64,000 nt of DNA from Nitrospirae bacterium MYbin3. GTDB taxonomy: Bacteria > Nitrospirota > Thermodesulfovibrionia > Thermodesulfovibrionales > Dissulfurispiraceae. Below are positions 31,157 through 42,631 of this stretch, piece by piece; position 1 is the first letter of the stretch; each line of letters opens with the position of its first letter. The position numbers and the translations under genes are program-made. The stretch is taken from assembly GCA_002753335.1 (NCBI GenBank), contig PEAD01000001.1, forward strand, positions 1-64,000. Reading direction: 5' to 3'. The notes under the pieces are model-generated. The model was not told the origin of the DNA, did no database searches, and worked only from the letters and a program-made list of their open reading frames with translations.

Positions 31157-31582
31157 ATGATCGGAACAAAAATATATATTAAAAAAACGCAGGCATATTT
31201 TTTTCTCGCCATGTATGCGCTGCTGGCTGTGATAGGCGGTTATCTAAGCATAAAACCTGCATTGAATGATCAGGACCCGAACAATGCGGCCGGGTTTATG
31301 CTGGTTTTCGGAACAGGCATGTTCATCTTGACGCTCACAAAAATTATGAAGCCTCAAATATCTTTTGAAGGAGATTTTCTTGAGCTGTCGCAGAAGCGGA
31401 CAAAACAGATTGTCCGGTATAGAAATATTACGGCGGTGGACAGGCCTAACCCTAACTCCATAGTTGTTACGCTCAGAGAAGATGGCAAAAAGACCGAAGT
31501 CACGATTTGGCTGAATGAACTAGAGAAGGCTGATATAGAAAAAATCTACGATTTTTTATCCAACAAAAGATGGAAAAAATAA
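31157..31582 (+). CDS. Hypothetical membrane protein (2 TM plus PH-like soluble domain)
   Basis: Two hydrophobic segments followed by a beta-rich tail. Confidence 0.65.
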   Translation: MIGTKIYIKKTQAYFFLAMYALLAVIGGYLSIKPALNDQDPNNAAGFMLVFGTGMFILTLTKIMKPQISFEGDFLELSQKRTKQIVRYRNITAVDRPNPNSIVVTLREDGKKTEVTIWLNELEKADIEKIYDFLSNKRWKK

Positions 31583-31616
31583 ACTGAAGGGGCCGGTTTT
31601 CCCGGCCCCTTCAGTT

Positions 31617-31617
<1 letters not shown>
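31581..31617. terminator. Bidirectional terminator between convergent genes
   Basis: AAACTGAAGGGGCCGG-ttttc-CCGGCCCCTTCAGTTT. Confidence 0.85.
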
Positions 31618-33349
<1,732 letters not shown>

Positions 33350-33357
33350 AGCCTCCT

Positions 33358-34296
33358 TTAAAAGTTTAGTGTTACGTTCAGCCCATAGACCACTGTTGGG
33401 TCAAGGTGTCCGTTAGGGTTGTACTCAAATTTGCGATACGAGTCCCTGCTGCTTACGGGTGTTCCGTTGGCGTCAGCAACTAGCCTGGATGCATTATGCG
33501 AAAGCGGGAACCAGTACTGTACGCTAGGCTGTATGGTGAACTTGCCGACAGGTATGTTGACCGCTGCTTTAAGCATTCCGTCATGAAGCCCCTGATACTT
33601 TTTGCCGTTATAGTTTGTTGCAATCCCGTTTATAAGCGGGGTAGCCTGCCCGGCCGGTGTTGCATTGTAGGTTCTCCAGTATGCGTCGGTCATAGCAAAA
33701 TAGCCGCCAGCTGCTGCGCCAAGATCAAGGGTGACAGCCTTGGTAACATTTACCGTGTGCGCAAACGAAAGATTCGCGTAAGTGCCAGCATAGTGCCCTA
33801 TGTCGCGATAAACCGAGAGCGTCGGCTTTGATATGACATCCAGCGCCGCAGTAAGGAAAAGCTCTTCAGTCTGTCTTACATATCCTGTGCCGTAATAAAT
33901 CCAGCCTCCGGTAAGAGCCAGCTTGCTGATGTTATAAGTGTAGCTCAGCGTTATATCCGTCTCGTTAAGATTTTTGGAGCCGCCGAGCTGTCCGGGGTCA
34001 GCCTGCGTTCCCCCGTTGCCGGTGTTGGATTTCCAATCCGAAGTCATCGAGGACTGCGTCCAGCGCTCTTTGCTGTCTATGTTGCTCCACATGCCGATAG
34101 AAAAACCTGAGTAGTTGACCGTAACCGCAGGCTGGACAACTATGCTGCCTCTGCTTATTTCATAGCCTCTGAATATATACTTGTTGAACGCGCCCACCGA
34201 TGCGCTGCCAGTAACCTTTGCCTCTTCAGCATAGACGCTGCCTAATAATGCCGAAACCAAAACTGCTGTTAATACTAAAACTCTTAACCCTTTCAT
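33358..34296 (-). CDS. Putative outer-membrane beta-barrel or porin (TorF/Gcw_chp-like)
   Basis: Signal peptide, NKYIFRG, VVQP, ETDITLSY, and C-terminal aromatic strand YGLNVTLNF. Confidence 0.7.
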   Translation of the reverse strand: MKGLRVLVLTAVLVSALLGSVYAEEAKVTGSASVGAFNKYIFRGYEISRGSIVVQPAVTVNYSGFSIGMWSNIDSKERWTQSSMTSDWKSNTGNGGTQADPGQLGGSKNLNETDITLSYTYNISKLALTGGWIYYGTGYVRQTEELFLTAALDVISKPTLSVYRDIGHYAGTYANLSFAHTVNVTKAVTLDLGAAAGGYFAMTDAYWRTYNATPAGQATPLINGIATNYNGKKYQGLHDGMLKAAVNIPVGKFTIQPSVQYWFPLSHNASRLVADANGTPVSSRDSYRKFEYNPNGHLDPTVVYGLNVTLNF

Positions 34297-34323
34297 CTCT
34301 CTGTCCTCCTGTTTGATTTTTAT

Positions 34324-34548
34324 TCAGGCCGAATGCCTGTGTTTTATCGGTTCTTCTGATACCTTTAAATCTGTAATCTCCTTTGCCCTCTCCTTCCTTA
34401 TGCCGTATTTTTTTATTTTGTAGCCAATCATGCGTTCTGTTATCCCGAGATTTCTGGCGGCCTGTGCCATAATCCATTTGCACCCTATAAGCGCGGCCGT
34501 TATCTCGGTTTTTTCGATCTCTTTAATTCTGTCTTTCAAGGTTCCCAT
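34324..34548 (-). CDS. Stand-alone Fis-type HTH protein resembling the C-terminus of NifA-like sigma54 activators
   Basis: LKDRIKEIEK.EI.AAL...WIMAQAARNLGITERMIGYKIKKYGI, with RBS aggagg. Confidence 0.8.
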   Translation of the reverse strand: MGTLKDRIKEIEKTEITAALIGCKWIMAQAARNLGITERMIGYKIKKYGIRKERAKEITDLKVSEEPIKHRHSA

Positions 34549-34568
34549 AAAACCTCCTATAGCTTTAA

Positions 34569-34584
34569 AGCATTTGCCGTGCCA
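34569..34584 (-). promoter_or_regulatory. Sigma54 (-24/-12) promoter of the HTH-porin-amtB-glnK operon
   Basis: Minus strand TGGCACGGCAAATGCT has exact GG-N10-GC spacing, ~20 nt upstream of the first start codon. Confidence 0.85.
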
Positions 34585-34628
34585 AAAGGGAACATATTGA
34601 TTTTTAATGATACTGATGCAAGCATATA

Positions 34629-34672
34629 CGACAAAAAAGTAGATTTGGTGTTTGTATGCTACAATTTTGTAA
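34629..34672. promoter_or_regulatory. Two candidate enhancer (UAS) sites for a sigma54 activator
   Basis: CGACAAAAAAGTAG (34629-34642) and CTACAATTTTGTAA (34659-34672) are related imperfect palindromes 30 bp apart, upstream of the -24 box. Confidence 0.5.
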
Positions 34673-34737
34673 CGAAAGACGATTGGCTATGACTATTCAG
34701 GAAAGTTGTTTTCTGCTTATAATGGTAAAATATTTTC

Positions 34738-35631
34738 ATGAAAGATCAACGAAAAATTATCGTCGAAAATGCTTTAAGGATGTCGAAGGAGACAGGGAGC
34801 GAAAAAATATTACTGTTTCTTGATACCATTCAGTCTTGCCGCTGGTGGATAACAGCAGATGTTAAAGAAAAGAAGCGGATTATAGTTGTCTTGCCAAAAA
34901 AATTAGAACTTAAAAATCTAACTTTAAAAAAAACTTGCTCTGAAATTATCCGGAGCTGGTCAGGCAATCAGACCCGATTTTCAAGGATTAAATATGCTTT
35001 TCTTCACGGTGTTATTCACGAAATGATTAATGAGAATAGCAAGGTGGTCTGCGTTCTCGGCCCCTCGGGAAAGAGCCATCTTGATACTATAACGATCCAC
35101 GACTTGTCTCTTTCCTGGAGCGAGGAATTCCCGTTTGACGTAAAAGGGCTTATCAGGAACAAGGCTTTTTATACAATAATGGCGGTAATTGATATTGCTC
35201 TGGATATAGGGGCTTTAGGCAGGGAGGGAAAATCCATAGGCACGATCTTTGTTATAGGGGACTCGCAAAAAGTCCTGAAATTGTCGCATCAGGCGGTTTT
35301 TAATCCGTTTAAGGGATATCCTCTAAGAGATAGAAAGATAACCAGGACAGAGGTGGTTGAAAGCTTGAAAGAGTTTGCAAAACTTGATGGGGCAATTGTC
35401 ATATCAGATGACGGTACTGTTGAAGCAGCCGGCAGACACCTTGATGCAGGAGGATCAACAGCAAAGACTCTGAGAGGCTTGGGGGCAAGGCACAGATCAG
35501 CTGCGGGGATCTCCAGAAAAACAATGTCTGTATCTATTGTTGTCTCTGAAAGCACCGGCAAAGTAACCATTTTTGACAAAGGCGCTATAGCTTTAACGCT
35601 AGAGCCCTTGATAAGCCGGCGTTTAGTATAA
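34738..35631 (+). CDS. Diadenylate cyclase (DisA_N domain, DacZ/CdaZ-like)
   Basis: GREGKSIGTIFV, catalytic DGA (KLDGAIV) and RHR (GARHRSA), VVSESTG. Soluble N-terminal domain with no TM. Confidence 0.88.
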   Translation: MKDQRKIIVENALRMSKETGSEKILLFLDTIQSCRWWITADVKEKKRIIVVLPKKLELKNLTLKKTCSEIIRSWSGNQTRFSRIKYAFLHGVIHEMINENSKVVCVLGPSGKSHLDTITIHDLSLSWSEEFPFDVKGLIRNKAFYTIMAVIDIALDIGALGREGKSIGTIFVIGDSQKVLKLSHQAVFNPFKGYPLRDRKITRTEVVESLKEFAKLDGAIVISDDGTVEAAGRHLDAGGSTAKTLRGLGARHRSAAGISRKTMSVSIVVSESTGKVTIFDKGAIALTLEPLISRRLV

Positions 35632-35752
35632 AAGCAGTTTTCTTAGCTTTTCTTTTTTGTTTCATGAATAAAGCAAACAAGATTGATATTGGTACTGTAG
35701 CGGAGCCCTCGACCACCAAATGCGATGAGAACAATATGGTATTCTTAAAATC

Positions 35753-38386
35753 ATGGATTTAATTGTCACCCACCTGAATGCCGACTTTGATGCGCTCGCA
35801 TCGATGATGGCGGCAAAGAAACTTTACCCTGAAGCAGAGATGGTCTTCCCCGGCTCAATCGAAAAGAGGGTAAGGGATTTTATAGAGGCCTACAAACCGC
35901 TCGAGATAAAGAGACTGCGCCAGATTCAGTTCGATAAGGTCAGCAGGCTGATTGTTGTGGATACGCGGCATCTGGGCAAGACGGAGCAGCTCAAGAAACT
36001 TTTAAACGCAAAAGTTACGGTGCATATTTACGACCACCACCCGGCAACTCCGGATGATATTAAGGGTGAGCTTGAGATTGTTGAGAATGTTGGCGCCGCA
36101 GCAACAATTTTTACCGAGATTTTCGAGAAGAAAAAAATTCATCTGACCCCGTTTGAGGCGACGATTCTTTGCCTCGGGATTTATGAAGAGACAGGCTCTC
36201 TTACCTTCACATCTACGACGCCCAGAGATCTTATCGCTGTTGCATATCTTTTGAGACGGGGGGCAAATCTGAACATAGTCGCAAATTTTTTGACCTCAGA
36301 GATGAGCAGGGAAGAACTTGCATTGATGAACGAGCTCACCCAGTCTCTGCGTGAAGTGATAATAGACGGCGTTCGGATAAAGATAGCCAAAGGATCTCTC
36401 GAAGGTTACGGAGACGTAGCACATCTTGCCCACAAAATAATGGATATCAAAGATACCGATGCTGTGTTTTTGTTTATAGGCATCTCAGATAAGATTCTTA
36501 TTGTTGGAAGAAGCCGGGTTCCGGAATTGAGCGCATCGGAAGTGTTGTCCGATTTTGGCGGCGGCGGCCATGCATATGCAGCGTCTGCCACTATTACCGA
36601 ATCGCCTTTTGAGATGGTTGAAGAGCGGCTTATTGTTTCTATACACAAGCATGTAAAGCCTCAGAAAACAGCTAGGGGCGTAATGACCGCGCCTGTGGTG
36701 GTTGTCTCTTTTGACAAGATGATAAAAGAGGCTGAAGATATGATGACCCGTTACAGTGTGAATGTTCTGCCGCTGGTAAAGAAAGGGAAATACGCAGGTA
36801 TTATCACAAGAGAGGTTGTGGAGAAGGCGCTGTTTCATGGGTTCGGAAAGAGCAGGTGCATAGATTTTGCTTCAACAGATGCGCATACCGTAACCGTTGA
36901 TACGCCTGCTCCCGAAATAGAAACATTGATGATAGAGCATAACCAGCGTTTTGTACCTGTACTGGATGGCGACAGCGTCATCGGTGCGATAACCAGAACT
37001 GATATTATGAGGTCGCTTTACGAAAATTTTCTGCGCAGAAGCGGAATCTCATTTCAGGAGCCGCACGAGGTTAAGTCATCGGCGGTGTTTGGCAAGAACA
37101 TAGCTGCGCTTATCAGGGAGCGCCTTCCTGAGCCCTTGTTCGATTTTCTTCGTACGGCAGGGGCGGCGGCTGACAACCTCGGTATCAGTGTTTATATTGT
37201 GGGCGGGTGCGTCAGGGATCTGCTGAGGGGTGATGAGAATCTTGATATCGATATCGTTGCTGAGGGCGACGGTATAGCGTTTGCAAAAGAGCTCGGCATG
37301 CGTCTAGGCGCGAAGGTTACGGTACACCAAAGGTTCGGCACTGCACAGCTTCTCATCAAAAACTGCCCATGGATGGATGGCCAGAAGGGAAGGATTGACG
37401 TGGCCACCGCAAGGACCGAGTATTACGAATCTCCTGCTGCGCTGCCGAAGGTCGAGACCTCTTCTATAAAGAAAGATCTGTACAGGCGTGATTTTACGAT
37501 AAACACTCTGGCGGTAAAGCTTAATAAAAATGATTTCGGGCGGCTGATAGATTTTTTTGGCGGACAGCGAGACCTGAAGGACAAGGCGATTCGGGTTCTT
37601 CACAACCTTAGTTTTGTGGAAGACCCGACCCGCGCATTCAGGGCGATAAGATTTTCGGAGCGGTTTGGATTCAAAATTACCCGGCATACAGAGAATCTTA
37701 TTAAAACCGCTTTTAAGATGAATATTTTCGGGAAACTTTCGGGAACAAGAATTTATGACGAGATGATGCTGATATTTGCCGAAACAAATCCTCTCAAGGC
37801 TATGAAACGCCTTGATGACTACAATCTGCTCAAGGTTATACATCCAACACTTGCCTTTGACCATACCGCAGAGGCGCTTTTTCAATCGGTGCATGACGCG
37901 CTTTCTTGGTTTGACCTGCTTTTTCTGGGCGAGGAATATGACAGCAGGTTTGTTTATCTTATGGCGCTGCTTCAACCTCTTTCTGTTTCAGAGCGGGAGA
38001 AAGCGCTTGCACGCCTTGCGGTGCCCTCCAAGCCTGCCGAAAAAATAACTGCAGCACTAACACGCACCGCTTTTGTGATCAATAGACTTAAGGGTGATGC
38101 GCCTGTTGAAGCCTACCACCTGCTGATAGCGCAGCCGGTGGAAGCGGTTCTTTTCATAATGGCGATAGCTGATAAAAAGCAGAAAAAGGGTGTCTCACGG
38201 TTCCTTATAGAATTGAGAAGAACGAAGCCTCTGGTTAACGGCAAAGATCTTAAAGCGTGCGGAGTGGCCGAGGGGCCGGTCTATTCCGTAATATTCGAAA
38301 AACTGCTGGATGAAAAACTGCGGGGCAGGCTTCACACAAAGGAAGATGAAATAGAATTTTTGAAAAAGCATAAGTTTTTCTTATAA
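35753..38386 (+). CDS. cca: DHH-DHHA1-CBS tRNA nucleotidyltransferase (CCA/A-adding family)
   Basis: THLNADFD, YDHH, GGGGH, CBS pair, VGGCVRD, DIDI, RRDFTIN, EDPTR. Confidence 0.88.
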   Translation: MDLIVTHLNADFDALASMMAAKKLYPEAEMVFPGSIEKRVRDFIEAYKPLEIKRLRQIQFDKVSRLIVVDTRHLGKTEQLKKLLNAKVTVHIYDHHPATPDDIKGELEIVENVGAAATIFTEIFEKKKIHLTPFEATILCLGIYEETGSLTFTSTTPRDLIAVAYLLRRGANLNIVANFLTSEMSREELALMNELTQSLREVIIDGVRIKIAKGSLEGYGDVAHLAHKIMDIKDTDAVFLFIGISDKILIVGRSRVPELSASEVLSDFGGGGHAYAASATITESPFEMVEERLIVSIHKHVKPQKTARGVMTAPVVVVSFDKMIKEAEDMMTRYSVNVLPLVKKGKYAGIITREVVEKALFHGFGKSRCIDFASTDAHTVTVDTPAPEIETLMIEHNQRFVPVLDGDSVIGAITRTDIMRSLYENFLRRSGISFQEPHEVKSSAVFGKNIAALIRERLPEPLFDFLRTAGAAADNLGISVYIVGGCVRDLLRGDENLDIDIVAEGDGIAFAKELGMRLGAKVTVHQRFGTAQLLIKNCPWMDGQKGRIDVATARTEYYESPAALPKVETSSIKKDLYRRDFTINTLAVKLNKNDFGRLIDFFGGQRDLKDKAIRVLHNLSFVEDPTRAFRAIRFSERFGFKITRHTENLIKTAFKMNIFGKLSGTRIYDEMMLIFAETNPLKAMKRLDDYNLLKVIHPTLAFDHTAEALFQSVHDALSWFDLLFLGEEYDSRFVYLMALLQPLSVSEREKALARLAVPSKPAEKITAALTRTAFVINRLKGDAPVEAYHLLIAQPVEAVLFIMAIADKKQKKGVSRFLIELRRTKPLVNGKDLKACGVAEGPVYSVIFEKLLDEKLRGRLHTKEDEIEFLKKHKFFL

Positions 38387-38461
38387 TCACTTTAAATCCC
38401 TTGTTTTTTCGTTTTAGAAATGTTTTAGTACTTATAATTAATAATTTCTCGAATCAAGCCT

Positions 38462-38905
38462 ATGAAAAATACAGACAAACCCAAAGACACCCTAAAAGAA
38501 GCGATGGCTCTCTACCCTATCGGGATAGTGGCAGAACTTATAGGCATTACGGATCAGACCTTGCGGCTTTATGAAAAGCACGGACTTATTAAGCCGGCAA
38601 GACGCAACAAAAACAGATACTATTCAGAAAATGACGTTAAATGGCTGACTTGTGTAAGGGACCTTATACACAGGAAAAAGATCAGCATAGAAGGTATCAA
38701 GAAACTTCTTGAGTATGCGCCATGTTGGGAGATAACCGACTGTCCACAAGACAAACGTTCAATATGCTCAGCGTATATCGATAAGGGCAAACCCTGCTGG
38801 GAGATGAATAAAACGATCTGCAAAAGAGAGTCGGGCAAGGTGTGTGATGAATGTGTTGTGTATCTTGCCCGCAATTCTAAAAGCAAACAAGAAAAAAAAG
38901 CTTAA
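38462..38905 (+). CDS. MerR/HspR-like regulator with Cys-rich two-CW C-terminal domain
   Basis: YPIGIVAELIG...TLRLYEKHGLI.P.R...RYYS, then CWE...C...C...CWE...C...CxxC. Confidence 0.85.
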   Translation: MKNTDKPKDTLKEAMALYPIGIVAELIGITDQTLRLYEKHGLIKPARRNKNRYYSENDVKWLTCVRDLIHRKKISIEGIKKLLEYAPCWEITDCPQDKRSICSAYIDKGKPCWEMNKTICKRESGKVCDECVVYLARNSKSKQEKKA

Positions 38906-38908
38906 ACC

Positions 38909-41206
38909 CTAATCGTAAAGAGTATCTGCAGGCAGTTTCTCCTGAGGTTTGTCGCCAATCTTCTTTTCTGCATGTTTTTTGGGTTGGGTGCCGGATTTAA
39001 AATATTCGAAGATGGCAGACTTTTCATCTCCCGGCAACAAGCCCGAAACTGGATCTATTTGTATTCTTATTATGTCTTCAGGAGCTTGAAAATCTTCGAC
39101 CGAATCACCAGCTAAAACATTCCTCATCATATTGGCCCAGACCGGTGCGGCTGCCCTGCCGCCGACCTCTCCGCTTCCAAGGGATTTTCGCATATCATCA
39201 AAGCCTACCCATACGCATCCCACAAGCTGCGGTGTGTATCCGACGAACCATGCATCTTTATAGTCGTTGCTTGTGCCTGTTTTGCCTGCAGCAGGCCTGC
39301 CAATGGTTGCTCTCATTCCGGTGCCGTAGCGAATGACATCCTGCATCATGGAGGTGATCAGAAAAGATGTCTGAGCGCTTATCGATTCGAGGCCTTCCGG
39401 ATCATTTTCTTCTATCACCGTGCCTATGGAATCGGCCACGTATTTTATCGCAACGGGCGTCATTCTGGTTCCGTTGTTTGCGAATGTGGAATACGCTGCC
39501 GCAAGTTCTAATGGGGTGATGCTTATAGAGCCGAGCGCTATTGTCAGTTCCCTCGGGATTTGTGCCTCTATGCCTAAGTCTTTTGCGAAGGTCAGAACCT
39601 TATCTATGCCTACAGCCTCTACAAGCTTTACGGTAACTATGTTTCGGGAATACGCTAACGCCTCGCGGAGTCTTGTGGGGCCGTAATACTTGCGGTCATA
39701 GTTTTCCGGTCTCCATTCGCCGTTTGGGCCCCCAGAATAGGAAACGGGCTCATCATTAATTATGGTGGCAGGGGTTAAGCCGTGCTCAAGCGCCGAACCA
39801 TAAATAACCGGTTTGAATGCCGAACCCGGCTGCCTTTTGGCGTAAGCAGCGCGGTTGAACTCGCTCTTTGCAAAACTGAACCCGCCAACCAAAGCTTTAA
39901 TATGGCCTGTTTCAGGGTCGATCGCGGTCACAGCCCCTTCAACTTCAGGCTCCTGCTCAAGGCTGAAAGTTACAGCTTTTCCGGCGATGTTCTTAAAACG
40001 AACCCAGACAATATCCCCTTTTTTAAGAATGTCCGGTAGCTTAAAGTTTTTTGTTGTCTTTGTTTTGCCTGTTGCCTTGTCAAATACATTTGCTGCCCAT
40101 GACGCATCGCCCAAATTCAGCTTGCCGGTAATGCCGCGCGCTTTTATTACTGCTTCTTTAGAAGATACCGAATAAACAACTCCGGTAGAAATATCTCCGG
40201 CCGATGCGGAAAACGAAACTCTGTTTTCGCTGTTGTTTTCTTTTAATTCTGCTTTGTGGCCTATAGGGCCGCGCCAGCCACGGCGTTTATCAACCTCACG
40301 CAGCCCCTCCTGCAGGGCTTTCTGGGCTTCGGCCTGCGTTTTCTTGTCCATAGTCGTATAGACACTCAGGCCGCCTTTATAAACCACATCCACGCCGTAT
40401 TTTTTTTCGAGATACTGCCTTACATATTCAAGAAAATAGTTGTAGGAGTCGGTCTGCGAACGTAGAGACGAAAGGTTTATCGGCTGATTTTTGGCGGAGG
40501 AACGCTGAGAAGGGGTGATATATCCTTCCTCTTCCATACGCGCAAGAACCAGCTCCTGACGCTCTTTTGCTTTTACAAGATCATTATAGGGCGAATATGT
40601 GGCCGGCGCTTTAACAAGCGCCGCAAGCAGCGCAGCCTCCGGAAGAGTTATCTGGCCAAGCGATTTGCCGAAATATGTTTTGGCAGCCATTTCTGCTCCG
40701 TAAGCGCCATGCCCAAAATAGACCCTGTTAAGGTACAGCTCGAGTATCTCGTTTTTGGTCAGCTCCTTTTCGAGCTTCATCGCCAACTGCGCCTCTTTAA
40801 GTTTTCTCGCAAAGGTCTTTTCTGATGAGAGGAAAAGCACTTTGGCGAGCTGCTGCGTGATTGTGCTTCCGCCTTCTTTCAGGCTTGCATGCATGATGTC
40901 TTTTACAATCGCACGGGCTATTCCGATATAGTCCAGCCCCTTGTGCTTAAGAAATCTCGAATCTTCCACAGCTACGATCGCATTTTTAAGGTGGGCAGGC
41001 AATTTATCAAATGTAATGTATATGCCCTTTTCGATTTTAAACTCGCCGATAAGAGTATCATCGTCCGCGTAAACCTTTGTGCCCGGAACAGAACGGTATT
41101 TTTTCAGCTCCGAAATCGAGGGAATCCCCATTGCAACGGCCAGATACCCGCCAACAATAAAACCAATAACAACAACTGATATGATTAAGGCAACCTTTGA
41201 ACGCAT
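38909..41206 (-). CDS. mrcA: Penicillin-binding protein 1A
   Basis: Transglycosylase EDSRF and GGSTITQQLAK; transpeptidase SAFK, SRN and KTG. Confidence 0.93.
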   Translation of the reverse strand: MRSKVALIISVVVIGFIVGGYLAVAMGIPSISELKKYRSVPGTKVYADDDTLIGEFKIEKGIYITFDKLPAHLKNAIVAVEDSRFLKHKGLDYIGIARAIVKDIMHASLKEGGSTITQQLAKVLFLSSEKTFARKLKEAQLAMKLEKELTKNEILELYLNRVYFGHGAYGAEMAAKTYFGKSLGQITLPEAALLAALVKAPATYSPYNDLVKAKERQELVLARMEEEGYITPSQRSSAKNQPINLSSLRSQTDSYNYFLEYVRQYLEKKYGVDVVYKGGLSVYTTMDKKTQAEAQKALQEGLREVDKRRGWRGPIGHKAELKENNSENRVSFSASAGDISTGVVYSVSSKEAVIKARGITGKLNLGDASWAANVFDKATGKTKTTKNFKLPDILKKGDIVWVRFKNIAGKAVTFSLEQEPEVEGAVTAIDPETGHIKALVGGFSFAKSEFNRAAYAKRQPGSAFKPVIYGSALEHGLTPATIINDEPVSYSGGPNGEWRPENYDRKYYGPTRLREALAYSRNIVTVKLVEAVGIDKVLTFAKDLGIEAQIPRELTIALGSISITPLELAAAYSTFANNGTRMTPVAIKYVADSIGTVIEENDPEGLESISAQTSFLITSMMQDVIRYGTGMRATIGRPAAGKTGTSNDYKDAWFVGYTPQLVGCVWVGFDDMRKSLGSGEVGGRAAAPVWANMMRNVLAGDSVEDFQAPEDIIRIQIDPVSGLLPGDEKSAIFEYFKSGTQPKKHAEKKIGDKPQEKLPADTLYD

Positions 41207-41282
41207 CAGAAAATTATAAACAGGGGGTCATCTTTTTTACAACGCGCTTGACAAGAATCTTCGGGTGCGGTAATTTTCATTT

Positions 41283-41783
41283 GTGGAACAAAACTTAACA
41301 ACCTTTTTCTACCCAAGCCCCATCGGCGATATCTACTGCACATTTGCTGGTGATTTTATTGTGGACGTGTCGATAGGGAAAAACGAGTCCGGCAATTCTG
41401 TTTCAGAAAAACCATCAAAAACCGCGACACTGTTTTTTAAAGAACTTGACGCTTATTTCAATGGCGATCTGCACAACTTCAAACAGCGTCTGAAATTTCT
41501 TATCGGCACCCCGTTTGAGCAGAAGATATGGCTTGCGCTTAAAACCATTCCTTACGGAGAGTTCAGGACTTACAAATGGATTGCGGAGCAGGCAGGGAGC
41601 CCTTATGCTGTGAGGGCTGCAGGGCAGGCTTTGAAAAAGAACCCGCTGCCCATTGTTCTGCCTTGTCATAGGATTGTGGCGTCAGGTGGAGGCCTCGGCG
41701 GCTTCTCATGCGGGGTTGAAAAAAAGATTTGGCTGTTGAGACATGAAGGAGCGCTAGGCCGCCAGAGTTTGAGGTGGGGCTGA
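41283..41783 (+). CDS. ogt: Methylated-DNA-protein-cysteine methyltransferase
   Basis: GTPFEQ, IPYGE, RAAG, NPLPIVLPCHR. Confidence 0.92.
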   Translation: MEQNLTTFFYPSPIGDIYCTFAGDFIVDVSIGKNESGNSVSEKPSKTATLFFKELDAYFNGDLHNFKQRLKFLIGTPFEQKIWLALKTIPYGEFRTYKWIAEQAGSPYAVRAAGQALKKNPLPIVLPCHRIVASGGGLGGFSCGVEKKIWLLRHEGALGRQSLRWG

Positions 41784-41836
41784 GAACAATGGTAGGATTA
41801 AGCAGAGCATCAATAATTTAATGCCGGGAGTTAATA

Positions 41837-42631
41837 ATGAAAGTTACCATTAATGATTTTTTGAAAAAGAAAAATGAGGGCCGGAAGATTACGATTCTTA
41901 CGGCCTATGATTATCCTACCGCCAAAATGGTTGACGAGGCTGGTTTGGACGCGATACTTGTAGGCGATTCACTCGGCATGGTTGTTCAGGGGCTCGAAAA
42001 CACGCTGCCGGTTACTATGGACGAGATGATCTACCACACAAAGATGGTTTCGAGAGCTGCTTTGAGGGCCATGGTTATAGGCGATATGCCGTATATGTCG
42101 TATCAGGCGAGTATCGAGGAAGCGGTTAGAAATGCTGGCAGATTTATCAAAGAGGCAGGGGCGCAGGCTGTCAAACTCGAAGGCGGGCGGGAGGTTGCCG
42201 ACCGCGTGGAGGCGATGACAAAGGCCGAAATTCCGGTTATGGCGCATATCGGTCTTACGCCTCAGGCTGTTCACAGGATGGGCGGTTACAAGGTTCAGGG
42301 CAAGACCGAGGAGGCTGCAAAGCGGTTGCTTGAAGACGCTAAGATTATGCAGGAAGCAGGGGCTGCTTCATTGATTCTTGAAGCGATTCCGTCGGATCTT
42401 GCAAAGCAGATAACGTCAGAGCTTGCTATTCCTACAATCGGTATAGGCGCCGGTGTGTTCTGTGATGGACAGGTTTTGGTAATTCACGATGTTCTTGGAT
42501 TATTCGAGCGCTTTACGCCGAAGTTCGTTAAGAACATCGCCAACCTTAAAGATTCGGCAATGCAGGCGATAGGTGAATACCGCAAAGAAGTTGAAGAGGG
42601 CTTATTTCCTGGCAAGGGACATAGTTTTTGA
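41837..42631 (+). CDS. panB: 3-methyl-2-oxobutanoate hydroxymethyltransferase
   Basis: TAYDY, LVGDSLG, VKLEGG, HIGLTPQ, GIGAG..CDGQVLV. Confidence 0.97.
   Translation: MKVTINDFLKKKNEGRKITILTAYDYPTAKMVDEAGLDAILVGDSLGMVVQGLENTLPVTMDEMIYHTKMVSRAALRAMVIGDMPYMSYQASIEEAVRNAGRFIKEAGAQAVKLEGGREVADRVEAMTKAEIPVMAHIGLTPQAVHRMGGYKVQGKTEEAAKRLLEDAKIMQEAGAASLILEAIPSDLAKQITSELAIPTIGIGAGVFCDGQVLVIHDVLGLFERFTPKFVKNIANLKDSAMQAIGEYRKEVEEGLFPGKGHSF

Noticed and set aside
35690..35730. GC-rich patch before the cca gene as a tRNA fragment
   Set aside because: No T-arm, anticodon arm or CCA end.
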